Source: Acidobacteriota bacterium (GTDB taxonomy: Bacteria; Acidobacteriota; CAIWXX01). Taken from it: DNA of 64,000 nucleotides. The stretch is taken from positions 128,001 through 192,000 of the forward strand of contig JBFMAF010000035.1 of the NCBI GenBank assembly GCA_040755995.1, given 5' to 3'. The translations under genes and the position numbers were made by a program. This document shows positions 50,228-59,690 of this stretch, piece by piece (position 1 is the stretch's first letter; each line of letters starts with the position of its first letter). The notes under the pieces are model-generated. The model was not told the DNA's origin. It made no database searches and saw only the letters and a program-made list of their open reading frames with translations.

Positions 50228-50298
50228 GTAGCGACACCAGCGCGGAGGTGCTGCGGGGAGACCAAACGTGACCGCGCTGTCTCCGGCCATGACGTCGC

Positions 50299-50847
50299 TC
50301 ATCGCCCGCGATTATCTCGGCCCTGCCCGATCGTGTCAATCGCCGCCCTGCAGCGCTCGATGAAGCTCCGGCGCAGCTCCGGCTCGCGCAGTCGTTCTTC
50401 GTCCTCCACCGGGAGCCGCGGAAACCGTCTCATGAATTCACTCGCGAACAGTCCTGGGCCGCTCCCAATCACATCGCCGCCTTCGTTGCATACTCTCACC
50501 CGCTCCATGCCGCAGCTTGGCGACCTGCTCTTGAAGATGAACCCGTGCAGCCCTTCGCCGGCGAGCTCGTTCAGGCGCGGCCGGGCCCATCGCGTCATCC
50601 GGCGCGTCATATCGATCCGCGACTGCCGGGTCATCAGGCGCGGCGAGCCCCCGGTGCCGACCAGATCCATGGGCTCCCGCGGCACCGTCATGCCGCACTC
50701 GACCTCGGGGCACACCGGCACATACTCGACGTGCTTGCCCAGCCTCTCCGTCAGAAGGCGGTCCAGCTTGTGCCCGCCGTCATAGCGCACCTTCTCGCCG
50801 AGCAGACAGCTGCTTATCCCAAGCCTGATCTTCGAGCCGGCGCTCAC
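50299..50847 (-). CDS. DUF523 (2-thiouracil desulfurase-like) protein
   Basis: ISSCLLGEKVRYDGGH, VCPEVECG..VPRE, FKSRSPSCG, GLFA. Confidence 0.9.
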   Translation of the reverse strand: MSAGSKIRLGISSCLLGEKVRYDGGHKLDRLLTERLGKHVEYVPVCPEVECGMTVPREPMDLVGTGGSPRLMTRQSRIDMTRRMTRWARPRLNELAGEGLHGFIFKSRSPSCGMERVRVCNEGGDVIGSGPGLFASEFMRRFPRLPVEDEERLREPELRRSFIERCRAAIDTIGQGRDNRGR

Positions 50848-50906
50848 GGGTTGCTCACCTCTTGTATCGGTGCCAAGTGCTGTCAACAAGGTCTATAATA
50901 TGCTAT

Positions 50907-51113
50907 ATGAAGACGCGTCCGCTCGCTTCTCTGCGCGGAGGATGGGATGAGTTGGCTGCGGAAGGAGCGAGAACTGACCGTGTCCTGACCATTGAGGAAA
51001 GTGTGGGGATCTTCCTATCTCTCATCCGCGCCTATTCTCCATTCATTCGAGAAGCCCGGGATTTGTTTTTGCCGGAAAGAGAGGCGTATCCGGGCGAGCT
51101 TCAACAGCGGTGA
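50907..51113 (+). CDS. Small hypothetical protein, possibly leaderless or degenerate
   Basis: TATAAT (50894-50899) lies 7 nt before the ATG; helical 68-aa product. Confidence 0.45.
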   Translation: MKTRPLASLRGGWDELAAEGARTDRVLTIEESVGIFLSLIRAYSPFIREARDLFLPEREAYPGELQQR

Positions 51114-51203
51114 AGCGACTGCGAGCTTGATTCAAGAGACTGGAAACGTCATGAGGAGGAAAACAGCCGCAGGACAGGTCGCTCGCGCCGGGGGCACGGC
51201 GCG

Positions 51204-52397
51204 GTGAGCAGCCTTCCTCCGTTGATCCCTCCGCGGCCCGCCGCGCGGGCGCGTGGCATCGGCTGCGTTCTCGTATTCGTCGCCGTAGTCGTCGGCATGC
51301 TGGCCGGGTTTGCCTTGTACCGCCTGGCCGGTCTTCGGCCATGGCGGCAGGCGGCACAGCCGCGACCTGTGGCAGCGCGCGGCGACCTGGCCAGCGACGA
51401 GAAGAGCACAATCGAATTGTTCCATGAGGCCAGCCCGTCGGTCGTCTTCATCACCACGCTGACCCAGCGGCTGAGCTTCTGGACCCGGAACGTCGTGGAG
51501 ATCCCGCAGGGTACCGGATCGGGGTTCTTCTGGGACGATGATGGCCACATCGTCACCAATTTCCACGTGGTGCAGGGCGCAACGGCGGCAGAGGTCACGC
51601 TGGCATCGTCGCACGAATCATACCCGGCGTCGCTTGTCGGCGTTGCCCCCGAGTATGACCTCGCCGTGTTGCGTGTGCGCGTCCCCAGGGACAAGACCAA
51701 GTCTCTGCCGGTCGGCACGAGCGCGGACCTGCAGGTCGGTCAGAAGGTGTTTGCCATCGGCAATCCGTTCGGTCTCGATCAGACGTTGACGACCGGCATC
51801 GTGTCGGCGCTCGGACGCACGATCGAGAGCGCGACCGGCCGGCCGATCGAGGACGTGATACAGACCGATGCAGCGATCAACCCGGGCAATTCGGGCGGAC
51901 CGCTGCTGGACAGCGCCGGCCGTCTGATAGGCGTGAACACGGCAATCTACAGCCCTTCCGGGGCGAGCGCCGGGATAGGGTTCGCCGTTCCCGTCGACAC
52001 AGTGAATCGAGTCGTGCCGCAGCTTATCGCCCACGGGCGCGTCGCGCGCCCGCAGCTCGGCATTTCCCTCGACGACCGGTACAGTCGCGGCATCCTGCGC
52101 CAGCTGGGAGTAGAAGGCGTACTGGTGCTCGGAGTCACGGACGGATCCGCTGCCGCGAAGGCAGGGCTGCGGCCGACGGAGAGGGAGCTGGACGGGAGCA
52201 TCGTTCCGGGAGACGTGATCCAGATGGTTGACCGGGAGCCTGTGAAATCGAGCAACGAGCTGCTTGCGGCGCTTGAAAAGCACAGCCCGGGTGACCAGGT
52301 AACGCTGACCTGCTGGCGTCATGGTGAGGTGATCACGGTGTCGGTCACGCTGCAGCCGTCGAGCTTCGGCCAGCAGCGAGGCGGGGACTCAGACTGA
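51204..52397 (+). CDS. HtrA/DegP-family serine protease with one PDZ domain
   Basis: GTGSGF, VTNFHVV, DLAVL, IGNPFG, QTDAAINPGNSGGP; N-terminal TM helix. Confidence 0.95.
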   Translation: MSSLPPLIPPRPAARARGIGCVLVFVAVVVGMLAGFALYRLAGLRPWRQAAQPRPVAARGDLASDEKSTIELFHEASPSVVFITTLTQRLSFWTRNVVEIPQGTGSGFFWDDDGHIVTNFHVVQGATAAEVTLASSHESYPASLVGVAPEYDLAVLRVRVPRDKTKSLPVGTSADLQVGQKVFAIGNPFGLDQTLTTGIVSALGRTIESATGRPIEDVIQTDAAINPGNSGGPLLDSAGRLIGVNTAIYSPSGASAGIGFAVPVDTVNRVVPQLIAHGRVARPQLGISLDDRYSRGILRQLGVEGVLVLGVTDGSAAAKAGLRPTERELDGSIVPGDVIQMVDREPVKSSNELLAALEKHSPGDQVTLTCWRHGEVITVSVTLQPSSFGQQRGGDSD

Positions 52398-52412
52398 TGA
52401 ATCAGGGGTGTT

Positions 52413-52470
52413 CCGGCTCCGGTACCCGTACCCGTTCGCGTACCCGATCCGGAGCTGGGACGGGTACGGG
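52413..52470. repeat. Inverted arrays of CCCGTA/TACGGG-type hexamers
   Basis: ggtacccgtacccgttcgcgtacccg...cgggtacggg after the protease stop. Confidence 0.55.
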
Positions 52471-52531
52471 GTTCAGGCAGATGGATTGTGGCCGGAGGCC
52501 GGCCTGAGCGGAAACGGCAAGGGAGACTGAC

Positions 52532-53671
52532 ATGAAGTGGTCGTTTACGGTTGCACGGGTTGCGGGGATTGATATCAAGATTCATGCGACGTTCGTCATC
52601 ATAATAGCGCTCGGCGCATTCCAGTGGGGGGACCAGCACGGGGTTCGTGGAGCCGTGTTCGGGGCGGTGCTCATGGCGCTACTATTCATCTGCGTCATCC
52701 TGCACGAACTCGGTCACAGCATCGTGGCGCAGTATTTCGGCCTTCCCGTGCGCGAGATCGTGCTGCTGCCGATCGGTGGTGTTGCCAGGATGGAGAAGAA
52801 CCCTACGAAGCCGCTGCACGAGCTTCTGATTGCGATCGCCGGGCCGATGGTCAATGTCGTCATCGCCGGAGTGCTGTTGGTCGTCACGGGCGCCACGGGT
52901 GCCGTGGGAAGCCTTGACGCGCGCGGGCTGGTCGCGGGCCAGCCGATGGCCCCGTCGCTCCCGCTGCTTCTCCTCTGGCTGCTCGCGGCGAACGTGAGCC
53001 TTGCCGTGTTCAACATGATTCCGGCGTTCCCGATGGACGGCGGACGCGTGTTGCGGGCCGCCCTCGCGATGGCGGTGGGCTTTTCTCGTGGGACTCGGAT
53101 TGCGTCGACAGTCGGCCAGGTCCTCGCGGTCGGCCTGGGGCTCTTTGCGATCCTGACCGGTCACCTGCTGCTCACGTTCATCGCCATTTTCGTGTTCCTG
53201 GGAGCGGGGCAGGAGCGGGCCGAGGAGCAGGCGCGGACGGTGCTCACGACGCTCCAGGTGGGGGACGCCTACAACAAGTACGCGCTCACGCTGTCGCCGG
53301 GCGATCACGTGAGCAAAGTCGTGGACTACCTCCTCACGAGCTATCAGCCCGACTTCGCCGTTTTGCAGGGGTCCGCCCTGCTCGGAGTCGTCTCAAGGGA
53401 GGATGTGCTGCGGGCGCTGGCCACCGAGACGGCCGACGTGTACGTGGCGGGCATCATGGATCGCGAGGTGTTGTCGGTGCCGCCGGAAACCCCGCTTGAC
53501 GACCTGCGCCGGGCCATGCAGGAAAAAGGGGTACGCATAGCCGCAGTCCATAGCGAAGACCGGTATCTCGGGCTTGTGAGCGCCGAGGACATCGCCGAGG
53601 CCATTCTCGTCTCGGCATTCGCGAAGAACCAAACGATGCGCCGGGAAGCCATGGACCAGCGAGGCGCCTAG
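52532..53671 (+). CDS. Site-2 protease (M50) with tandem CBS domains
   Basis: HELGH, LLPIGGVA, AGPMVN, FNMIPAFPMDGGR; C-terminal CBS pair. Confidence 0.94.
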   Translation: MKWSFTVARVAGIDIKIHATFVIIIALGAFQWGDQHGVRGAVFGAVLMALLFICVILHELGHSIVAQYFGLPVREIVLLPIGGVARMEKNPTKPLHELLIAIAGPMVNVVIAGVLLVVTGATGAVGSLDARGLVAGQPMAPSLPLLLLWLLAANVSLAVFNMIPAFPMDGGRVLRAALAMAVGFSRGTRIASTVGQVLAVGLGLFAILTGHLLLTFIAIFVFLGAGQERAEEQARTVLTTLQVGDAYNKYALTLSPGDHVSKVVDYLLTSYQPDFAVLQGSALLGVVSREDVLRALATETADVYVAGIMDREVLSVPPETPLDDLRRAMQEKGVRIAAVHSEDRYLGLVSAEDIAEAILVSAFAKNQTMRREAMDQRGA

Positions 53672-53685
53672 CGCCAGCGCCAACG

Positions 53686-53738
53686 AGATTTCAGATTCTG
53701 GATTGATTTCGGATTTCAGCGTCCAGATTTCAGATTTG
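53686..53738. repeat. AGATTTC-type heptamer repeats
   Basis: AGATTTC AGATTCT GGATT..GATTTC GGATTTC..AGATTTC AGATTTG. Confidence 0.7.
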
Positions 53739-53854
53739 GTGCCCCGTCGTGGTACGCCCCGTATTGAACTTCGTGACGATCAGCTTCGTAACTCAATGCG
53801 ATGCCGCTGGACGTCCTGGCTCCATGAGGAGCGAGAGGGGCGGCTGAGTCAGAC

Positions 53855-54496
53855 ATGCTTCAAGGGTTCATTCTCGGGCTGAGCGGCGGCGCGGCGTGCG
53901 CCGTATACTGCGCTCCGGTTCTGGTGCCATACCTGCTGGGTGAGGCGGGAGGGGTGCGACGGAGCGGTTCGGCCGTGGCCCTGTTCCTCGCCGGGAGGCT
54001 CGCCGGATATTTGCTTTTTGCGACGGCGGCGTGGGCGGCAGGTGCAATCCTTCTCGGCTCCGGGAAGCTGCCCCTCATCGCCGGTCCTGCCTACGTGGTG
54101 CTGGCGGTGCTCCTGGCTATTTACGGAGCCGGCAAGCCTCGATCGCGATGTGCGGCGGGATCGTCAAGCAGCATTGGCCGCAGGCTCGGCGGCGTGCCAT
54201 GGCTGCTCCCGTTGGTCCTCGGTTTCCTGACGGGGCTGAACCTCTGCCCTCCGTTTCTCACGGCGCTCGTCGCGGCAGGCGAAGCGCCGACGCTTGGAGG
54301 GAGCCTTCTTTTCTTCCTCATGTTCTTCGTCGGAACATCGCTGTATGTGCTGCCTGCGGCTCTGCTGGGAGCCGCCGGCCGGTTTCCGAAGCTGCAGCTC
54401 ATCGGGAGACTCGCAGCCTGCGTCATGGCCCTTTACTACTTCTACGCCGGTATCTTGAGGTGCGCGGCGGGAATCGAGCAGGTGATATCAACATGA
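53855..54496 (+). CDS. TauE/DsbD_2-like membrane protein with intramembrane cysteines
   Basis: CAVYCAP, GRLAGY, GFLTGLNLCPP, FFVGT. Confidence 0.75.
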   Translation: MLQGFILGLSGGAACAVYCAPVLVPYLLGEAGGVRRSGSAVALFLAGRLAGYLLFATAAWAAGAILLGSGKLPLIAGPAYVVLAVLLAIYGAGKPRSRCAAGSSSSIGRRLGGVPWLLPLVLGFLTGLNLCPPFLTALVAAGEAPTLGGSLLFFLMFFVGTSLYVLPAALLGAAGRFPKLQLIGRLAACVMALYYFYAGILRCAAGIEQVIST

Positions 54497-55668
54497 GCAC
54501 AAACTCAACGGCGCCTTCGCGCGCGCGGAAGATCGTCAAGGCTGCGCTGATCTCGCTGCCAATGCTGCTCCTCTCGGCTCTGATGCTGAGCGGGGGTACA
54601 TCGGGTGAGCGGGAGATGATGCAGATCATCCCGGTGGCGGTCACGTTCCTGTTCGCCAACGCGCTGTTTTTCCTGATGATCTACACAGGGAAGACAGACA
54701 AGTACCGATCGCTGTTCTTCATCGTCATGGCTTTCTGTTTCATTCTCACGTTCACGACGAATCTTCTCGAAAGGCGCGGCAGCCTCGCGCTCACGCCCGA
54801 AGACATGGCGACCGGCAAGACTCCGTTCTGTCATATCGTGATACCCATGACCGTGATCCCCGCGGCGCTCACTCAGACGATCATCTTCCCGGGTTCGATT
54901 CTCGGGGGCTTCGCGAACATCTCGTCGATGTTCGTGCTGTGGATCGGAGCCACCCTCGCGCTCGGTCGCGGTTTCTGCAGCTGGGGGTGCTTCTTCGGCG
55001 GTCTCGACGAGTTCTTCTCGCGCCTCCGGAAGAGACGCATCATCAAGGACGTCGACCCGCGGTGGACCTATCTCCCGTACGCGGTTCTGCTCGGCGTCGT
55101 GCTGACCGCCGCTGCGTCGCTCACGCCTACCTACTGCGAATGGCTGTGCCCGTACAAGGCCGTGACCGAGTTCGCCGCCGTCACCTCGGTGAAGACGCTG
55201 ATTCAGACGGTCATCTTCATTTCGCTCTTCATCGCACTCGTCATCGTTTTGCCGCTGCTGATGAAGCGGCGCGCTCAGTGTGGGCTGTTCTGCCCGTTCG
55301 GTGCGTTCCAGGCATTTCTCAACAAGGTGTGCGCGTTCGAAGTGAAGGTGAACGGTGAGGTGTGCAAGGAGAAGTGCCGGTTGTGCACGCAGGAATGCCC
55401 AAGCTTCTCGTTGAGCCGCGAGAGCATTTCGAACGGCGGAACACGGCTATCCTGCATGCTCTGCGGCAAGTGCGTCGACATCTGCCCGCACAAGGCGGCG
55501 GGCTACCACGTCAAAGGCACGCCCGTTGCGGCCCGCGCCGGGGCCGCGCGAATGCTCTTCATCTACCCCGCATACCTGTTCCTGGTGACGTTCGGCGGCG
55601 GCATGATCTCCGGGGCGATCTACCGCGTGCTGTTGCTCGCGACCACCGGCAGCATCTTCCGGGCATAG
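54493..55668 (+). CDS. Membrane 4Fe-4S binding protein (NapH/MauN-like polyferredoxin)
   Basis: GRGFCSWGC, YCEWLCP, CGLFCPFG, CRLCTQECP, CMLCGKCVDICP; several TM helices; ATG overlaps the upstream stop. Confidence 0.88.
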   Translation: MSTNSTAPSRARKIVKAALISLPMLLLSALMLSGGTSGEREMMQIIPVAVTFLFANALFFLMIYTGKTDKYRSLFFIVMAFCFILTFTTNLLERRGSLALTPEDMATGKTPFCHIVIPMTVIPAALTQTIIFPGSILGGFANISSMFVLWIGATLALGRGFCSWGCFFGGLDEFFSRLRKRRIIKDVDPRWTYLPYAVLLGVVLTAAASLTPTYCEWLCPYKAVTEFAAVTSVKTLIQTVIFISLFIALVIVLPLLMKRRAQCGLFCPFGAFQAFLNKVCAFEVKVNGEVCKEKCRLCTQECPSFSLSRESISNGGTRLSCMLCGKCVDICPHKAAGYHVKGTPVAARAGAARMLFIYPAYLFLVTFGGGMISGAIYRVLLLATTGSIFRA

Positions 55669-55677
55669 GAGGCATCA

Positions 55678-56142
55678 ATGAGACGCATCAAGTCTGTTTT
55701 GGGCTACGCGTGGGCGGCGTTGGCGCTTCCAATGGTGCTCGCGACCTTCATCGGGATGGACTCCTGGGCGCGAGGTTTCGCGTCGATCACAGGCCTGCAG
55801 GTGTCACCGTGGTTCACCGGAGCCGAGGTGGTGCGCACACTAGACCATGGGGAATATGAGACGCGGATTCACCGGCCGGTGTTCGACGGGCTTATCTCGG
55901 AGCGCGGCCGCGGGTTCGTCCAGGTCGTCTGGGTGCCCAAGGGCGACACTCTGCCGGCGATGATCGATGAGGATCTCGATATCATCGGTGACGACAGAGC
56001 CGACTGTCGTATCAGCCTGGATACGCGGACGAACCAGATCTCGCTTACGCCGCTCTGCGAGAACGTGCTGGGCGTCAAGGAGAAGCTGGTGTTCGAGAAG
56101 GACCGAGGCCTGCGCATCCTCGTGTCGAACCCACGCCGGTGA
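55678..56142 (+). CDS. Hypothetical membrane-anchored or exported protein
   Basis: AGGAGG RBS 9 nt after the Fe-S gene; N-terminal hydrophobic helix and beta-rich domain. Confidence 0.75.
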   Translation: MRRIKSVLGYAWAALALPMVLATFIGMDSWARGFASITGLQVSPWFTGAEVVRTLDHGEYETRIHRPVFDGLISERGRGFVQVVWVPKGDTLPAMIDEDLDIIGDDRADCRISLDTRTNQISLTPLCENVLGVKEKLVFEKDRGLRILVSNPRR

Positions 56143-56281
56143 CCCGGCGCGCTCCACGCGCCGATCCCGGACGGGACCGGGGGAATGAACAGGGGTTCCA
56201 GTCGTGGTGGACCACGGCAAGCCGCACAGATCGCGATACGTGCGTTGCGCCGCCAATCCTATCGTCCGGTCAGAGATGTTC

Positions 56282-56552
56282 ACTGGCGGCAACCATTGTC
56301 GGCTACTTGTGGCTCAAGTCGAGCTACATCCCCAGAGCATTGGCGGTGTTTGGTGTGATATCGAGTGCATGGTGTGCCGTATGCATTTTCGTTCTTTACC
56401 TTTTCCCTGACTTCACGAAAGTGGTCAATCTGTGGTGGTTCGATTCGCCGATGGCGACCTTTGAGATGGCGACGAGCTTTTGGCTCCCGTTTAAGGGACT
56501 CAGGCCATCTGGCATAGCCGAGCCCGATCGGGCAGTAGCTGGTGCCGCCTAG
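56282..56552 (+). pseudogene. DUF4386-like membrane protein, C-terminal fragment
   Basis: YLWLKSSYIPRALAVFG..PMATFEMATSFWL.FKG pattern; no plausible N-terminus; visibly lower GC. Confidence 0.55.
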
Positions 56553-56940
56553 GCAATCGCTCAAGCTGATGTCGATGGGGCAGGCGGGCCGTGAACGGAT
56601 GCTCCGGCTTTTTCAGCGGATTGCGAGCGAGCCGCATGGGAGAGGATACACGTAGAGGTGATAGGTGGCTGAGTCCCCTCGCCTCCACACCGAAGGCGCT
56701 ACGAGCCGGATCACTGCAGCAGCGACTCCGAAGCTGTTATGGCTGCCTGCGAGGAACAGCAGTCGAAGGCATATAGCAAGATCAAGAATGCCTTCCTGCA
56801 GCTACTCCTCGGCCCGCTCCACGGCGCTTGGCCGGAAGGGCGTCAGGACGACCGCCTTGTCGGCTGACCGGACCGCTCACGCGACGCCGTCGAAAGGCGC
56901 TCGCAGCCAACCCCGACGTGCGTCAACGCCCTAACACCTA

Positions 56941-56968
56941 TTGACTATCGGTTTTTCTCGCCTATAAT
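56941..56968 (+). promoter_or_regulatory. Putative sigma70 promoter of the BlaI-M56-czc operon
   Basis: TTGACT-N16-TATAAT, followed by a GGAGG RBS. Confidence 0.7.
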
Positions 56969-56992
56969 CCTCAGGATCTTGGAGGTGAAACG

Positions 56993-57400
56993 ATGACGGC
57001 GCCGGTGGGTCCCCCGTTCCTGGGCGAGCTCGAGATCGCCATGATGGAACACCTCTGGGCAACGCGTTCTTCCGACGTCGAGACGGCACACAGGTCGGTG
57101 GGCCGGAGCAGAGGGATCACCCTCAACACGATTCAATCGACACTGCAGCGCCTTTACAGGAAAGGATTGCTGACGCGCCGGAAGGTGAGCCATGCGTACG
57201 TCTATTCACCTCACGTGTCCCGTGAAGAGGTGATGGCGCAGCTCGTGAGCGAGGTCGTCACGACCTTCTCGGGAGGGCGCCCCGAGCCGATGCTCGCCAC
57301 CTTCGTCGACCTCGCGTCACGCGCCGGACGGGGCACCTTGGAGAGACTCGAACAAATGATCGAACGGAAGCGGGACGAACGCGCGCGAGGCGACCGGTGA
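56993..57400 (+). CDS. BlaI/MecI/CopY-family transcriptional repressor
   Basis: LGELEIAMMEHLW, NTIQSTLQRLYRKGLL.R.K.SHAYVY. Confidence 0.93.
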   Translation: MTAPVGPPFLGELEIAMMEHLWATRSSDVETAHRSVGRSRGITLNTIQSTLQRLYRKGLLTRRKVSHAYVYSPHVSREEVMAQLVSEVVTTFSGGRPEPMLATFVDLASRAGRGTLERLEQMIERKRDERARGDR

Positions 57401-58389
57401 CGTATCTCGGCGGAGTCCTCGATCTCACCGCCGTGGCGTGGCTCGGATTCACCTTGGCGTGCGCGTCAGTCTCCGTCCTTGCCTACCCATCCATGCGACC
57501 CAGACTGGTGGAGCTGAGGCCACAACAGCGGGCGATCGCGATTGCGGTGTGGGCGGCGCTGCCGCCTGCCGGCGGACTGCTTCTGACCGCTGTCTGCTTC
57601 TTGCCGTCAATACTGAGTCTCGCCGGCGTGACCGCCGACCACTGCCTCGATCACGACGACGGCCATCCGCACATGTGCCTGATCCACCCGCCGGAGACGA
57701 GCGGCCTCACCTTCGCCGGAATCGTAGCTGCCACGCTGGTCTTCGCCCTGGCGCAGCTTCATCGCGAAGTTCGCGAACACGGCCGCCTTCGCCGCGTGCT
57801 GAGGACGCTCGACCGCGCGAGCGAAACTGACGACGCTCACAACGTTCGCATCTTCGACTCACCCATTCCGCTCGCGTTCGCAGCCTTCCTGCTGCGGCCT
57901 CGCGTGTTCATCTCCTCGAGACTCGCCCTCTCGCTCCCGCGCCAGCTTCTCGACGTGGTCATCGAGCACGAGCGCGCCCATGTTCGACGCCGCGATCGCC
58001 TCATATGCGCCGCCGTCTCCGTCCTATCGAGGTTGCACGTTCCCTGGATCCGCGCGCGTCTCCTCCAGGATCTCTCGCTCGCCTGCGAGCAGGCATGCGA
58101 CGAGGAAGCGGCCGTCCGCGTCGGAGACCGCCTGCGCGTCGCGAGCGCGATCCTGGCGGTCGAGAGGATGTGCTCCGGACTGCCTGCGCTCCCTCATCAG
58201 GCCGTCTCCTCGTTTGGAGGAACGAACATCGTCCCACGCATTCTTTCGCTCCTTCACGACGCCGCAGGTTCGGGCTCATCCGGCCGCCGCTGGACCTGGG
58301 TCGGAATGATCATGGTCGCGCTGACGATCCTGGCAAGTGACTCCATTCACCACCTCACCGAAACGATTCTCACACCCTTCACGAGGTAG
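57397..58389 (+). CDS. M56 (BlaR1-like) membrane metallopeptidase without a penicillin-binding sensor domain
   Basis: TM helices, PRVFIS, HERAHVRRRD, EQACD; His/Cys-rich loop DHCLDHDDGHPHMCLIH. Confidence 0.88.
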   Translation: MTYLGGVLDLTAVAWLGFTLACASVSVLAYPSMRPRLVELRPQQRAIAIAVWAALPPAGGLLLTAVCFLPSILSLAGVTADHCLDHDDGHPHMCLIHPPETSGLTFAGIVAATLVFALAQLHREVREHGRLRRVLRTLDRASETDDAHNVRIFDSPIPLAFAAFLLRPRVFISSRLALSLPRQLLDVVIEHERAHVRRRDRLICAAVSVLSRLHVPWIRARLLQDLSLACEQACDEEAAVRVGDRLRVASAILAVERMCSGLPALPHQAVSSFGGTNIVPRILSLLHDAAGSGSSGRRWTWVGMIMVALTILASDSIHHLTETILTPFTR

Positions 58390-58395
58390 CCTCGC

Positions 58396-59688
58396 ATGCA
58401 GTCAATGTCCCCTCCTCGTTTCGTCAAAAGACCGATCGTCAATCGGAGATTCATTCCGCTACTTGCTTTCGGCCTGGCAGTTTTGAACGTGGCGCCCTCG
58501 GTCAGGGCCGGCGGGACATCGCCCGCTCCACGGAGGCTGACGGAGGCTGAGGCGGTCGGACTGGGATTGTCCCGCGCTGTGCTCGGGAGGTACGAGATGG
58601 GACTGGTCGGCATCGCGAAGGGCGAGGCCGCAGCAGCGGGCCGCTGGGCGAATCCGTCGTTCGCCTACGCGCGCGAGCAGACCGGAGGCCCTCCGGACGG
58701 GTCGACGGAGGGCTACTTCCTGTTCTCGCAGAGCCTCGACCTGTCCGGGAGCCTGAGGCTACGCCGCGAGGCAGCCGAGCGCCGCGTCGGTTCGGCCACA
58801 CTCGATGTGGCCCATCGCCGCCTGGCGATCGCCGCCGAGATCCAGCGCGGCTTCTACGAGGTCCTGTCTCTGCAGCAGCGCGTGGAGTGCGGGGAGAGGT
58901 GGCTCGGCAAAGTGCAGGAAGTCCTGAAGATGGTCGCGAAGCGAGAGGAGGCCGGAGACATCTCCGGCTATGACCGGCGCCGCCTGGAGAGGGAGCGCGC
59001 GTCGATAGAGGTTGCCATCGAGGCAGATCGCGGTCTGCTGGAGCGAGCCGGCCAGAACCTGGCCGCGATGCTCGGCATCGAAGACCCGCCCGAAGCCTCC
59101 GGCGACTTGCTTCCGTCCGCGCCACCGCTGCCGATCGATCAGCTGCTCGGCCGTGTCCCGGGTCGTGCGGACTTGAGGTCCCTGGCCGAATCGGCCGAGG
59201 CTGCTGAAATGGACGGCCGGGCTGCCGGGCGATGGTGGATGCCGTCGCTCGACATCGGGGCGGGGCTGAAAAGAGTGGACATCGGAGACCGCCGCGTCAC
59301 CGGCCCGCTGTTTCAGGCGACAGTGTCGTTGCCGATCTTCAATCGCAACCAGGGTGAAAAGCTGGTTGCCGAATCCCTCGCGAAGCGTGCGAGGGCGGAG
59401 CAGGCCCTGGGGGCCACACGGGCCGCCGGCGAAATTCGAGGCATCTACATGCAGGCGGTAAGACTCGGCGAAGCCGCGAAACGATTCGGCGAGGAGGCAG
59501 GCGGGTACTCCGCCGACCTGGTTCGCATCGCCGAGGCTGCCTACAAAGCTGATGAGACAGGCGTCTTGGAGCTCGTCGACGCCTATCACGGTGCACTGGA
59601 AGCCGAAACGAAATCAATCCAGATCGCGCTCGAAGCGCGCAACGCCCGCATCGACCTGGAGCTCGCGGCGGGAGCAGGAGGGGAGTAG
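58396..59688 (+). CDS. TolC-family outer-membrane protein (CzcC-like)
   Basis: Signal peptide, NPS, SLPIFNRNQG, AYKADE.GVLELVDA; operon position. Confidence 0.88.
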   Translation: MQSMSPPRFVKRPIVNRRFIPLLAFGLAVLNVAPSVRAGGTSPAPRRLTEAEAVGLGLSRAVLGRYEMGLVGIAKGEAAAAGRWANPSFAYAREQTGGPPDGSTEGYFLFSQSLDLSGSLRLRREAAERRVGSATLDVAHRRLAIAAEIQRGFYEVLSLQQRVECGERWLGKVQEVLKMVAKREEAGDISGYDRRRLERERASIEVAIEADRGLLERAGQNLAAMLGIEDPPEASGDLLPSAPPLPIDQLLGRVPGRADLRSLAESAEAAEMDGRAAGRWWMPSLDIGAGLKRVDIGDRRVTGPLFQATVSLPIFNRNQGEKLVAESLAKRARAEQALGATRAAGEIRGIYMQAVRLGEAAKRFGEEAGGYSADLVRIAEAAYKADETGVLELVDAYHGALEAETKSIQIALEARNARIDLELAAGAGGE

Positions 59689-59690
59689 AC

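Noticed and set aside
50860..50876. TTGGCAC upstream of the DUF523 gene as a sigma54 promoter
   Set aside because: There is no TTGC -12 element at the required spacing.
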